This document shows positions 29,191 through 38,879 of a stretch of DNA of 64,000 nucleotides, piece after piece; the first letter of the stretch is position 1, and each line of letters opens with the position of its first letter. The notes under the pieces are model-generated. The model was not told where the DNA came from, ran no database searches, and worked only from the letters and a program-made list of their open reading frames with translations. The position numbers and the translations under genes are program-made. Origin of the DNA: Nitrosopumilus sp. (GTDB lineage: Archaea; Thermoproteota; Nitrososphaeria; Nitrososphaerales; Nitrosopumilaceae); assembly GCA_965218785.1 (NCBI GenBank), contig OZ244650.1, forward strand, positions 736,001 to 800,000, given 5' to 3'.

Positions 29191-29493
29191 TCAAATGTCT
29201 ACATAAATGCCATCGTCTCTTGCTTCAACCAGATACGTTTCTATTTTGACGTCTTTGAGATAGTCCTTCAACTCCCCTGTTTTGATGTTATAGTGCCAAA
29301 AATGTAATGGACATTCGACAATGCCCCCCTCGAGCTTTCCTGAGGCAATTGAGCCGTCCTGATGAACGCAAAGATCATCTAATGCATGATATCCGTCCTG
29401 ATTGAACACAGCTATCTGCTTTCCGTCAATCTTGAAGGCCTTGCCTTTTCCCTCAGAGACCTCCCCCTTTTCAGCAATTTTCTTCCAGGTCAA
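29191..29493 (-). CDS. Rieske-type [2Fe-2S] ferredoxin
   Basis: CVH...ECPLH. Confidence 0.93.
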   Translation of the reverse strand: MTWKKIAEKGEVSEGKGKAFKIDGKQIAVFNQDGYHALDDLCVHQDGSIASGKLEGGIVECPLHFWHYNIKTGELKDYLKDVKIETYLVEARDDGIYVDI

Positions 29494-29568
29494 TAATTTA
29501 GCGATACTTTTGTCATTTATTTACATTCGCATGATAGGATTTTATAGTCTTATTCGTGGATTTGTTCA

Positions 29569-30810
29569 TTGAGCAAGGTAAAGACCAGTAAAAAATTGAT
29601 CAGTGACGGCAAACTCTCCTATCAATGGGCCAGATCCCACATGCAGATTCTAGATAATACCATTAATCGTTTTAAAAAATCAAAACCGCTAAAGGGCATA
29701 ACTCTTGGATTCTGCCTGCATATTACAAAAGAGACCTCCGTTTTGCTTATCGGTGCCAAGGAGCTTGGCGCAACTGTTGCATGCTGTGGTGGCAATCCTT
29801 TGACGACCCAGGATGACATTGCCGCATTTCTGGTCTCTCAGGGAATTCATGTGTACTCGTGGCATGGACAGTCTGTCAAGGAATATGACTGGTGCATTGA
29901 CCAGGTTTTGAAGCACAAACCTACAATTCTAACTGATGATGGTGCAGACATGAACATCAAGGCTCATTTTGACAAGAGATTCAAGAACATGAAAATTCTT
30001 GGGGCAACTGAGGAGACTACTGCCGGTGTTACTAGAATCCGGGCAGTCGAAAACCGGGGAATGCTCCGTTATCCGGTCATTTTGGTAAACGAGGCATATA
30101 CAAAACACATGTTTGATAACCGGTATGGCACCGGACAGAGTACAATTGATGGCTATCTTCGAGCCATGAATCTGCTTATGGCGTCAAAACGCGTGGTTAT
30201 AGTCGGGTATGGCTGGGTTGGCCGTGGTGTTGCAGCACGGTGTAATGGAATGGGCTCAAAGGTAATAGTTACAGAGATAGATCCGATAAAGGCACTAGAA
30301 GCCCACATGGACGGTTTTGAAGTAATGCCAATGTCGCAGGCCTGCAAAACAGGTGATATCTTCATCACGTGTACCGGAATGACTAGCGTGATTAGAAAAG
30401 AACACATCCTGCAAATGAAGGACGGTGCAATCATGGGAAACGTCGGTCATTTTGATGTTGAAATAGATAGTAACTTTCTGCTCAAGAAATCAAAGTCCGT
30501 CAAAACAGTAAGACCGAATCTTGATGAATGCGTCCTGAAAAACGGAAGAAAGGTATACCTGATTGGACAGGGCAGACTGGCAAACCTGGTTGCAGCAGAA
30601 GGGCATCCTCCCGAAGTCATGGCACAGTCATTCTCAAATCAAATCCTGTCCGTGTTATACATTCTCAAAAACCACAAAAAAATGGAAGATAAAATCATTA
30701 ATGTTCCCAAAGAAATCGACAGACAAGTCGCAGTCGATGCGCTAAGGGCAATGGATGTTAAAATCGACAGACTCACTCCAGAACAGGTAAAATACGCCGA
30801 CAGCTGGTAG
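29569..30810 (+). CDS. ahcY: Adenosylhomocysteinase
   Basis: EETTAG, KHMFDNRYGTGQS, GYGWVGRG, NVGHFD, EGHP. Confidence 0.98.
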   Translation: MSKVKTSKKLISDGKLSYQWARSHMQILDNTINRFKKSKPLKGITLGFCLHITKETSVLLIGAKELGATVACCGGNPLTTQDDIAAFLVSQGIHVYSWHGQSVKEYDWCIDQVLKHKPTILTDDGADMNIKAHFDKRFKNMKILGATEETTAGVTRIRAVENRGMLRYPVILVNEAYTKHMFDNRYGTGQSTIDGYLRAMNLLMASKRVVIVGYGWVGRGVAARCNGMGSKVIVTEIDPIKALEAHMDGFEVMPMSQACKTGDIFITCTGMTSVIRKEHILQMKDGAIMGNVGHFDVEIDSNFLLKKSKSVKTVRPNLDECVLKNGRKVYLIGQGRLANLVAAEGHPPEVMAQSFSNQILSVLYILKNHKKMEDKIINVPKEIDRQVAVDALRAMDVKIDRLTPEQVKYADSW

Positions 30811-30975
30811 ACTCTCTGCAAATCATACATGCCAGAACTTCATAACTGCTGTCTTGATTTCCCATCTGATGATTTAGAATCATGATGTTGATAACTGATT
30901 CCATCTGTTTTTTATCCTGATTCCTGCCCCAGTCTAAAACTTCTTAACCCCAGCGTTGTTGCTGGCTATTATCTG

Positions 30976-32637
30976 ATGAACAAAAAAGCCATCATTACCA
31001 GTGCGTTGCCTTATGCAAATGGGGAAATTCATTTGGGACACGTCGCATCCACGTACCTGCCAGCAGACATCACCACTAGATTCCTAAAGCTAAACGGTGT
31101 GGAGGCATACTATGTCTGCGCATCAGATGATTTTGGAACCCCGATATTAATTCAATCAGAAAAAGAGGGAAAGACACCTGCTGACTATGTTGCCCATTGG
31201 AACAAGCGTGATCTGGAGGATTTTACCGCGTTTAACATCGGATTTGATTATTTCTACAAGACAAGCTCTGCTGAGAACGTTGCATTTGTCCAAGATGTCT
31301 TCAAAAAACTAAACGATGCGGGCCACATCTACGAACAGGAGATCATTCAGTTTTACTGTAATAATGATAAAAAATTCCTGCCTGACAGATATGTCCGGGG
31401 CGCATGTCCATACTGTCATGCCGAAGATCAATACTCTGATCTCTGTGAAGGCTGCGGCCGTGTTCCAGATGAAATTATCAATCCACAATGCTCGCTTTGC
31501 GGTCAGCCTCCGACAAAAGAAAAGACAAATCATTATTTTTTCAAACTGAAAAATTTTAGCGATTCATTATCCAAGTGGCTTGATGAAAACGAACATCTTC
31601 AAAAGGATGTAAAAAAATATGTCCAGAATTGGATAAAATCCGGCCTGATTGATTGGGATATAACGCGTGATATCTCTTGGGGCGTGCCGATACCGCTAGA
31701 CGGTGCGGGAGACAAGGTGTTTTATGGATGGTTTGATAATCATCTGGCATACATTTCAACTGCGATAAAATTCCTCAATGATAAGGGAATCAACGGCAAG
31801 GACTTTTGGAATTCTGCTGACATTTATCACTTTATTGGAAAGGACATCGTGTATCATCACTATCTCTTTTTGCCTGCAATGAGGCTGGGAATCGGCAGTG
31901 AATACAAGCTGCCTGATTACATTCCGACTCGGGGCCATCTCACTTTACAGTCAAAAAAGATCTCCAAAAGCAGAAACTGGTATGTCGGCCTCAAAGAGTT
32001 TCTGGAATACTATCCTGCAGACTATCTTAGATATTATCTCGTATCAATCAATCCTTATTCCCAGGACGATCTTAACTTTGATTGGAATGACTTTACTACT
32101 AGGATTAATTCAGAACTGATTGGAAATCTTGGGAATTTCATAAATCGTGCCTTGGGATTTACCAAAAAATCATTTGATGGCAGAGTTCCCGAACATGATT
32201 CCTTTGACGAGAAGGATTCCAATGCAGAACAGAAGATCATGACCCTTGCAGCGGATGTGGGATCACTCTTGGAGCAAAATCATCTTGACAGGGCCCTAAA
32301 GAAGATAATGGAATTCTCGTCATACTTTAATCAGTATTTTCAACACAAAGAACCATGGAAGAACGGACCTGGAACTGCAAACTGTGTATTTCTTTCACTC
32401 AACGCCGCTAAAAGCCTGGCAATTGTCATCTTTTCGTTTCTTCCAGAGTCTGCCCAGAAAATTTGGGAACAGCTGGGCCTGGATGGAAATGTCGATGAAT
32501 CATCCTGGGATGAAATCTCCACACTTGGAATCTGCGCCGGACACGTCTTGGGGGATGTTGCCCCCTTGTTTCTCAAGGTTGAGGAGTCCGACATTGCAAA
32601 ATACAAAAAACAGCTGGGTCCCTCTGAGCAGGCATGA
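30976..32637 (+). CDS. metG: Methionine--tRNA ligase
   Basis: ALPYANGEIHLGH, Zn knuckle, KISKS. Confidence 0.98.
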   Translation: MNKKAIITSALPYANGEIHLGHVASTYLPADITTRFLKLNGVEAYYVCASDDFGTPILIQSEKEGKTPADYVAHWNKRDLEDFTAFNIGFDYFYKTSSAENVAFVQDVFKKLNDAGHIYEQEIIQFYCNNDKKFLPDRYVRGACPYCHAEDQYSDLCEGCGRVPDEIINPQCSLCGQPPTKEKTNHYFFKLKNFSDSLSKWLDENEHLQKDVKKYVQNWIKSGLIDWDITRDISWGVPIPLDGAGDKVFYGWFDNHLAYISTAIKFLNDKGINGKDFWNSADIYHFIGKDIVYHHYLFLPAMRLGIGSEYKLPDYIPTRGHLTLQSKKISKSRNWYVGLKEFLEYYPADYLRYYLVSINPYSQDDLNFDWNDFTTRINSELIGNLGNFINRALGFTKKSFDGRVPEHDSFDEKDSNAEQKIMTLAADVGSLLEQNHLDRALKKIMEFSSYFNQYFQHKEPWKNGPGTANCVFLSLNAAKSLAIVIFSFLPESAQKIWEQLGLDGNVDESSWDEISTLGICAGHVLGDVAPLFLKVEESDIAKYKKQLGPSEQA

Positions 32638-33386
32638 AACCGATTCCACGAATCTCTACTAGGGGATACTATGACAGGTCTACTGGAAAAACGATAAAAA
32701 ACAATCCGTACCACCTGTATCCTAAAAAGTATTTTGAAAAACTAGCTGGCTCAAAGGAGCTCACCATAATGATTCATGGTCTGCAAAATGACAATGCCGG
32801 TGCAGTAGCCAAGATCGTTTTGGCAAGAAACAGGCTGCGTAAACTGGGATATGCCCACCATGTGGTCGGTTTTAGCTATGATTCAAACACCATTGGTGCC
32901 CATCTGATCACACATGCAAAACACGCACTTGCCGTAGGTCAGATAATTGCAAAGAAGAACGGACGAAACCTTGGAAGATTCATTGAGGACTTTAAAGACA
33001 CCAGTCCTGGGACAAAAATCCGCCTAATGGGTCATTCACTGGGATCGCAAGTAATTCTGAGCACCGTTGAATACCTTGCAAAAAAGAAACAAAACAAGGG
33101 CGTTGTTGAAAGCGTTTATTTTTTTGGCGCATCCATAACTGATGATGTCCCGGCTTCGAGAAAATACGGAAAGTTACTGCAAATCGTCGTTAATAAAAAG
33201 ATCATAAACTACTTTTCCCCGACAGACGAGGTTCTTTACTGGTCAAACATGGCAAACTATATCCGGGGACCGCTGGGTTTGAATGGCGCAACTGGCAGGC
33301 CCATCAGTAAATACCATCAAAGACTGGTAAGGCCGCAAAATCACAGATTTGCCAGCTATGCTCTGACATTAAACTCGTTTCCGTAG
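32634..33386 (+). CDS. Alpha/beta hydrolase (DUF726/DUF900-like)
   Basis: MIHGL, GHSLG, INYFSPTDEVL; ATGA-coupled to metG. Confidence 0.85.
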   Translation: MKPIPRISTRGYYDRSTGKTIKNNPYHLYPKKYFEKLAGSKELTIMIHGLQNDNAGAVAKIVLARNRLRKLGYAHHVVGFSYDSNTIGAHLITHAKHALAVGQIIAKKNGRNLGRFIEDFKDTSPGTKIRLMGHSLGSQVILSTVEYLAKKKQNKGVVESVYFFGASITDDVPASRKYGKLLQIVVNKKIINYFSPTDEVLYWSNMANYIRGPLGLNGATGRPISKYHQRLVRPQNHRFASYALTLNSFP

Positions 33387-33458
33387 ATCATATTCATCTC
33401 TGCTGATCCTAGATGATTCGTACACTAGTCTTTTATATGATAATTAAATTCACACCTT

Positions 33459-33560
33459 ATGAAAGCACAGACCTCATCACGAAAATCCATACTGTACCAC
33501 CTCCACGTATTAGATGAGGTCTCTGAGAACTCTGCTGATCTTTCTGAATACCCGTGCTGA
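33459..33560 (+). CDS. Candidate microprotein (33 aa)
   Basis: MKAQTSSRKSILYHLHVLDEVSENSADLSEYPC; TTTTATAT box at 33431-33438 at leaderless spacing. Confidence 0.45.
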   Translation: MKAQTSSRKSILYHLHVLDEVSENSADLSEYPC

Positions 33561-33939
33561 GATTCACTTTATGGGTTTTACCTGATGCCTGCACTCCTCT
33601 ACAGTATTCAAATAAGGGGGGTGGGGTCTTTTGGAAGGTAAATTAATTTAACATTTGGATTTTTTCTTAAAAATTCCCTGAGAACTTTTGCGCGATGCTG
33701 TGGTGCCCTATCAAAATTACTGCAGCCTTGTCCCGTTTTCTTTTTAATTTCTTGAGATACGACATGTGTATCTGTATTAAATTTCCAATATGCTCTAAAA
33801 AACCGTCTTCCATTTTTTGTGATGGAGCCATAATGATGATTCTCTGATGAGAAGATGCAAAAAAGATGTCATTCTAGGCATGAATTTGTAAAAATATGAT
33901 CGATTTTACTCAAAACATATCTGGAGAGACAATTTGAAT

Positions 33940-34390
33940 TTATAACATCGACCCCAAAATGCTTCTTGCAGTAGTTAGAAGAGCGTCAGCATCACCTATT
34001 AATCCAACAGTGTCTTGTCTACCAATCAATCCAACTTGATCATAAACTGCATTATTTCTATTTTGACGTGCCTTACCAAATGCCGTTAAAACATTGCCAG
34101 GAATCAGTCCTTTGAATTCTGATTTTAAATACTGCTCCACTGTCCAATGATGAGAACCAGAGGATCTTTTTGGTCTATACCCATGAGAATACATTAATGC
34201 CGTGCCCGTCTGGAGCAATACATTAGGCCTGAGCATAAGCCCATTCTATAGATCTGGCATTTTTTCCATTTATAGAAGATCTTGCCACATCAAGATCTGC
34301 CACTGCAATTGAAATTTTTTGCTTGATTTGATCAGATGAAGCAGTAAATGATTCAATTAGATTTTCATCCAACAGTTTTTGTAAATCCAT
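33940..34390 (-). pseudogene. HEPN-domain toxin, frameshifted
   Basis: ATG 34390 reads MDLQKLLDEN...EWAYAQA then TAA at 34223-34225; a second frame continues NVLLQTGTALMYSHGYRP...HHW...RQNRNNAVY. Confidence 0.8.
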
Positions 34391-35351
34391 CCCTGTCTCC
34401 TTTTATCATGATTACTTTATTCTTCTGGATATTATCGAGTAATGAAATTTTTTGCTTAATTTTTTCTTTGAATTCTTTCTCTGTCCATAACACAAAATTA
34501 ATCTCTCTGCCAATTTTACTTTCCAATTCTGAGACTGAATGTAATATGGAATTTCTATCCACATCTCCTATTATTAACAAATCCATATCACTTGTTTCAG
34601 TTTCTGTCCCTCTAGCAAATGAGCCATAAATTAACGCATATTTTATATTCAATTTTTCAAATTCTTTAGATATTATTTCATCAGTTAATTCAAATTTCAA
34701 AAAAATTCTTTTTAGGTCTTCAAAAATAACAGAATCTATGTTAATTTTGTAATATGTAATATGACCCCGACCTGATTTTATAACCAGGTTTAATGGACGG
34801 ATTTTATCTAATTCTCTTAATGCAGTTGATGATGAAATTCCGGCTTGGTCAGCTAGTTCACGCAGATAATAATCCCGAGTCTGATTCAAAAATAAAAGTT
34901 TTAGAATTTGTACGAGTGCTTTTGATCTAAACAATACTTCAAGTGAGCTCTTTTTTTTAGAAATTGGTTTTTCTGTTTTTGGAGATTTGAAAACACCATT
35001 TTTTACAGATTCTAATGCTTTTGTCAACTCTGGTCTTGTTATTTCTCTTACATCTTGATCAATTGAGATTAGACCTATTCCAAGACTTTTACATACAGAA
35101 TGTGTCTTTTCAGTTATGATGTCATCCGGAACAGCAAGATATGCATAGTTTGCAGCGTTTTTAAAGTGTAGTACTTTTTTTATTCCATTATCAAAATCCG
35201 CTCTTTTACTCTTTACTTCTACTATTGCCAATTTACCATCTTTTTCAACTATAAAATCAGGCCGGAATCCACGAATTTTGTTAGGAGAATGAAATTTCCA
35301 TCCTTCTTTTTTGAAATACTCTTCCACCCGTTCTACACAATATGATTCCAT
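34365..35351 (-). CDS. PD-(D/E)XK nuclease-wHTH-minimal nucleotidyltransferase (MNT) fusion
   Basis: RPDFIV...IVEVK; YYLRELADQAGISSSTALREL; YGSFARG...SDMDLL. Confidence 0.88.
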   Translation of the reverse strand: MESYCVERVEEYFKKEGWKFHSPNKIRGFRPDFIVEKDGKLAIVEVKSKRADFDNGIKKVLHFKNAANYAYLAVPDDIITEKTHSVCKSLGIGLISIDQDVREITRPELTKALESVKNGVFKSPKTEKPISKKKSSLEVLFRSKALVQILKLLFLNQTRDYYLRELADQAGISSSTALRELDKIRPLNLVIKSGRGHITYYKINIDSVIFEDLKRIFLKFELTDEIISKEFEKLNIKYALIYGSFARGTETETSDMDLLIIGDVDRNSILHSVSELESKIGREINFVLWTEKEFKEKIKQKISLLDNIQKNKVIMIKGDRDGFTKTVG

Positions 35352-36083
35352 TACTTTAAACCCCTATTTCCTGTAGTGAAACAATCATTAGCTAATAGGA
35401 AATACTACTTTTGAGTATTTAAGATTTATGCGATCTAATGTAAAATTTGCGTTTGTAATCAAAAGTTCAGATTATGTGCCTTTGATCAACCCATCTCACG
35501 ATGGATCCGGTAGTCTGCTGTGAAACATGCCCTACGTGTGTACACAATACTCATCAACATCAACAGGTCTGCAAGTCAAGTGTGTTCATTGCATGTCCCG
35601 AGAAAAACCCAGAGTTTGTAAATAATAGGGACATGAAAAACATGAATGCTCTGACTGATCTGCCTGTGCTGGTGGCACGGGGTCTGACTGCCTTTACACT
35701 TGTATCTGTTCAGTACCTCACTCCCCTTGGCGAATCTGCTCTCAAAACAGATTCAAAATTCAAGTATGCCTTTGGCCGAGCATTTTGGATTGGAACTGCC
35801 TTTTGAGCAGCATATATCGGTACGGATCACAAAATCACTGGCATGACATGGTCTGAGTAATACCATCTTGTTACATTTATTCACTGATTTTCCATCCCTC
35901 CTTTCTTAATCCTATATGCAATCATTTCATGTTTGTCGATTTCCAGATTATCCAGTAACTGTATCATGAGAAAGAACTGAGCGTGATATTTTGAATGTCT
36001 CGTCGATGACACGCCATCAGTGTATGATTTCTAATGCCAAAATTTATGATAAATTCTTATGAACGATCTTTTATTCAAAATTA

Positions 36084-37004
36084 TTGGTCGAATCTGTAAA
36101 CTTTGTAGTCCTGGGCAAGCAAGAGATTGCATCTGAATTCGGAAAAAAGGGAACGGCCACTGATCTATCTCTTTATGATAGAAAAGAATCCGATATTATC
36201 AAGACATGGGTGACTCCAAGCGGGTTTCCTGATAAGATACAGCCCTTGTTTCAGGCAATCAATCTGGCAGAATACGTGGTATTACATGTGGATAAGCTAG
36301 ACAAGTTTACAGGCGAACAGATCATCGCACTTGATTCGTTAAAAAAAGAAAAGGGAATCATCTCCCACACCTTTGATGTGGATGAATCAAAACTGGATGC
36401 AATGATCAAGGGAACAGTAGTTGAGAAATATCTCAAAGTTGATCAAGACAAAATCAAGGAGGCCATGGATAAACTTGAACCGGTATCACATGACGGTTCT
36501 TCTGAAATGGTAGTCGATCACTGTTTTGATGTCAAGGGCGTTGGAACTGTGATTTTGGGCAAAGTAACTAGCGGAAAAATAAAACAGTATGACAATCTAA
36601 AACTCTATCCTGCGGGAATCGACATCCTCATAAAATCAATCCAGATGCATGATGATCCAGTAAGTGAATCTGTCTGCCCTGCAAGGGTTGGACTGGCAGT
36701 AAAGGGGGCAAAACCTGATGATGTGAACCGTGGAGATATAATTTCTGCAGAAAATACAGTTGATGTCAGGACTGAAATCGAACTTGATTTTCAAAAGAGC
36801 CCCTTTTACAAGAATGATATCGCAGGGAATCAGGGGTGTCTTGTCAGCATTGGATTGCAAATCAAGGCTGCAAAATTCGAATCAGTCTCCCCTCTGAGAC
36901 TGGTATTTGAAAAACCAGTCGTATGCAAGAAAGGCCAGATTGCCGTAATTTTAAAACCAGAATCGACTAGCATTAGAATTCTTGGCAGCGGCACAATTCA
37001 ATAG
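36084..37004 (+). CDS. SelB-like/EF-Tu-related protein with degenerate G domain
   Basis: VDHCFDVKGVGTVILG, IKSIQMHD, RVGLAVK; no GxxxxGKT. Confidence 0.85.
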   Translation: MVESVNFVVLGKQEIASEFGKKGTATDLSLYDRKESDIIKTWVTPSGFPDKIQPLFQAINLAEYVVLHVDKLDKFTGEQIIALDSLKKEKGIISHTFDVDESKLDAMIKGTVVEKYLKVDQDKIKEAMDKLEPVSHDGSSEMVVDHCFDVKGVGTVILGKVTSGKIKQYDNLKLYPAGIDILIKSIQMHDDPVSESVCPARVGLAVKGAKPDDVNRGDIISAENTVDVRTEIELDFQKSPFYKNDIAGNQGCLVSIGLQIKAAKFESVSPLRLVFEKPVVCKKGQIAVILKPESTSIRILGSGTIQ

Positions 37005-37040
37005 ACTGGTTTAATAAAATCAAATATAATTTCCTAATAC

Positions 37041-37160
37041 ATGGAACCAGTACGTGCATGCCCCATATGTCCAAACTGCGGCTCCAAGAGATTTACTAGG
37101 CTGCCTGGTGATAAAGTCACTGTAAAATGCCGTTCATGTGATAAAATAATCAAGATCTAA
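37041..37160 (+). CDS. Zn-ribbon microprotein (39 aa)
   Basis: MEPVRACPICPNCGSKRFTRLPGDKVTVKCRSCDKIIKI; CPNCG...CRSC; TTTAATAA upstream. Confidence 0.75.
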   Translation: MEPVRACPICPNCGSKRFTRLPGDKVTVKCRSCDKIIKI

Positions 37161-37198
37161 ATTTCATGGTTAATATTTGCTGTATTACTGCCAAAATC

Positions 37199-38197
37199 AT
37201 GGCAAAAACATGGAAAGATGATGATATCAGTCTTGATCCAATCAAGGATCAGATAATTGCTGTAATTGGTTATGGAATACAAGGTGATGCACAGGCCAAC
37301 AACATGAAAGACTCTGGTCTCAACGTGATAATAGGTCTTAAAGAGGGCGGCAACAGCTGGAAAAAGGCAGAAGCTGACGGCCACAAAGTAATGTCAGTTG
37401 CCGATGCTACAAAACAGGCCGACATTATTCACATACTGATTCCAGACATGATTCAGGGCCAGGTGTATGGGGATGAAATCAGACCAAATCTTTCAGAGGG
37501 AAACGCATTATCGTTTTCTCATGCAGCGGCAATCTATTGGAAATGGATTGAGGCGCCAGAGAACGTTGATTTAATCATGGCTGCTCCAAAGGGACCTGGT
37601 TCCAAAGTTAGAGAGACATATCTTAACAATTTTGGAACCCCATCCATAGTTGCAGTCGAACAGGACTTTACAGGAAAGGCATGGGATAGAACGTTGGGAC
37701 TTGCAAAAGCAATCGGAAGTGCAAGAGCCGGACTGATTCAAACCACTTTCAAAGAGGAGGTGGAGACTGACTGGTTTGGCGAACAGGCAGATCTTTGCGG
37801 CGGTGCGGCCTCGATGGTGACAAATGCGTTTGAAACCCTGGTTGAAGCAGGATACCAGCCGGAAATAGCATACTTTGAGGTTTTACATGAACTCAAGCTC
37901 ATCGTAGATATGATTCAGAGATACGGGATTAACGGAATGTGGAGACGTGTTAGCGAAACTGCCAGATACGGCGGCCTGACTCGCGGACCGATGGTTATGG
38001 ATTCTACAAACAAGGCAAACATGAAAAAGGTTCTTACCATGATTCAAGACGGCACATTCAACAAAGAATGGGTCTCTGAATACCAGAAAAGCGGCAAGGA
38101 TGCATTTGATAAATACATCAAACAGTATGACGAACACCAGATTGAAAAGGTCGGTAAGGAAATGCGCAAAATGATGTGGCCTGATTCCACAGAATAG
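37199..38197 (+). CDS. ilvC: Ketol-acid reductoisomerase
   Basis: IGYGIQG, APKGPG, ETDWFGEQ, AYFEVLHE, SETARYG. Confidence 0.98.
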   Translation: MAKTWKDDDISLDPIKDQIIAVIGYGIQGDAQANNMKDSGLNVIIGLKEGGNSWKKAEADGHKVMSVADATKQADIIHILIPDMIQGQVYGDEIRPNLSEGNALSFSHAAAIYWKWIEAPENVDLIMAAPKGPGSKVRETYLNNFGTPSIVAVEQDFTGKAWDRTLGLAKAIGSARAGLIQTTFKEEVETDWFGEQADLCGGAASMVTNAFETLVEAGYQPEIAYFEVLHELKLIVDMIQRYGINGMWRRVSETARYGGLTRGPMVMDSTNKANMKKVLTMIQDGTFNKEWVSEYQKSGKDAFDKYIKQYDEHQIEKVGKEMRKMMWPDSTE

Positions 38198-38357
38198 TGT
38201 TGTTAAAAACCCCGGATCTTTTTTATTTACCGTGACCAGAAAAAGGCAAAAGCAAACTGTAGATGGGCAAACTGACAGTCTCAATCCTGAGAAAAACCCA
38301 CGAATCTCAAAGAACCATCTGATAACTCTGATTTAATCCACAACATGAATCCTCTTT

Positions 38358-38783
38358 TCACATCTTTCTTAATTTGGAAACGCCGGTATTGATGTGATCA
38401 ATAATTGTCTGCAACGGCGTACCCGGACCAAACACGTGATCCACTCCTGCCTTGATCAAATCACTGTGGTCTATCTCCGGAATCACGCCTCCTCCAACTA
38501 CTAGTACGTCATTGAGCCCCTTCTTTTTTACCGCCTTGACTACTCTTGGAAACAACGTTCCATGTGCCCCGTTTAGCAAACTCATTGCAACTGCATCAAC
38601 GTCTTCGTCCTCTGCAATCTGTGCCACCCTTTCTGGTGTTGCAAAAAGTCCCGAATAAATCACCTCCATCCCTGCATCCCTAAATGCCCTGCACAGCACC
38701 AGCGCCCCCCTGTCATGACCGTCTAATCCCAGCTTGGCGACAAGAATTTTGACGCTTCGTGATGGTGCAGGTTTTTGTTTCAT
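38358..38783 (-). CDS. Methylmalonyl-CoA mutase small (B12-binding) subunit
   Basis: KLGLDGHDRG (DxHxxG), VGGGVIP. Confidence 0.95.
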   Translation of the reverse strand: MKQKPAPSRSVKILVAKLGLDGHDRGALVLCRAFRDAGMEVIYSGLFATPERVAQIAEDEDVDAVAMSLLNGAHGTLFPRVVKAVKKKGLNDVLVVGGGVIPEIDHSDLIKAGVDHVFGPGTPLQTIIDHINTGVSKLRKM

Positions 38784-38879
38784 AATACCATAATTATCCC
38801 GTATATTTTAAAGGCTTTTTCTATTTCTTGGTTTTGCCTTTGGAAAATCTACTTAAGGCGTCTTTGATGTGCCTATAAC

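Noticed and set aside
35501-35806. 101-aa Cys-rich ORF
   Set aside because: No recognisable motif and atypical composition; probably intergenic or decayed sequence.
36084-37004. True selenocysteine elongation factor SelB
   Set aside because: It lacks a P-loop and the C-terminal extension, and no other Sec machinery is in the window.
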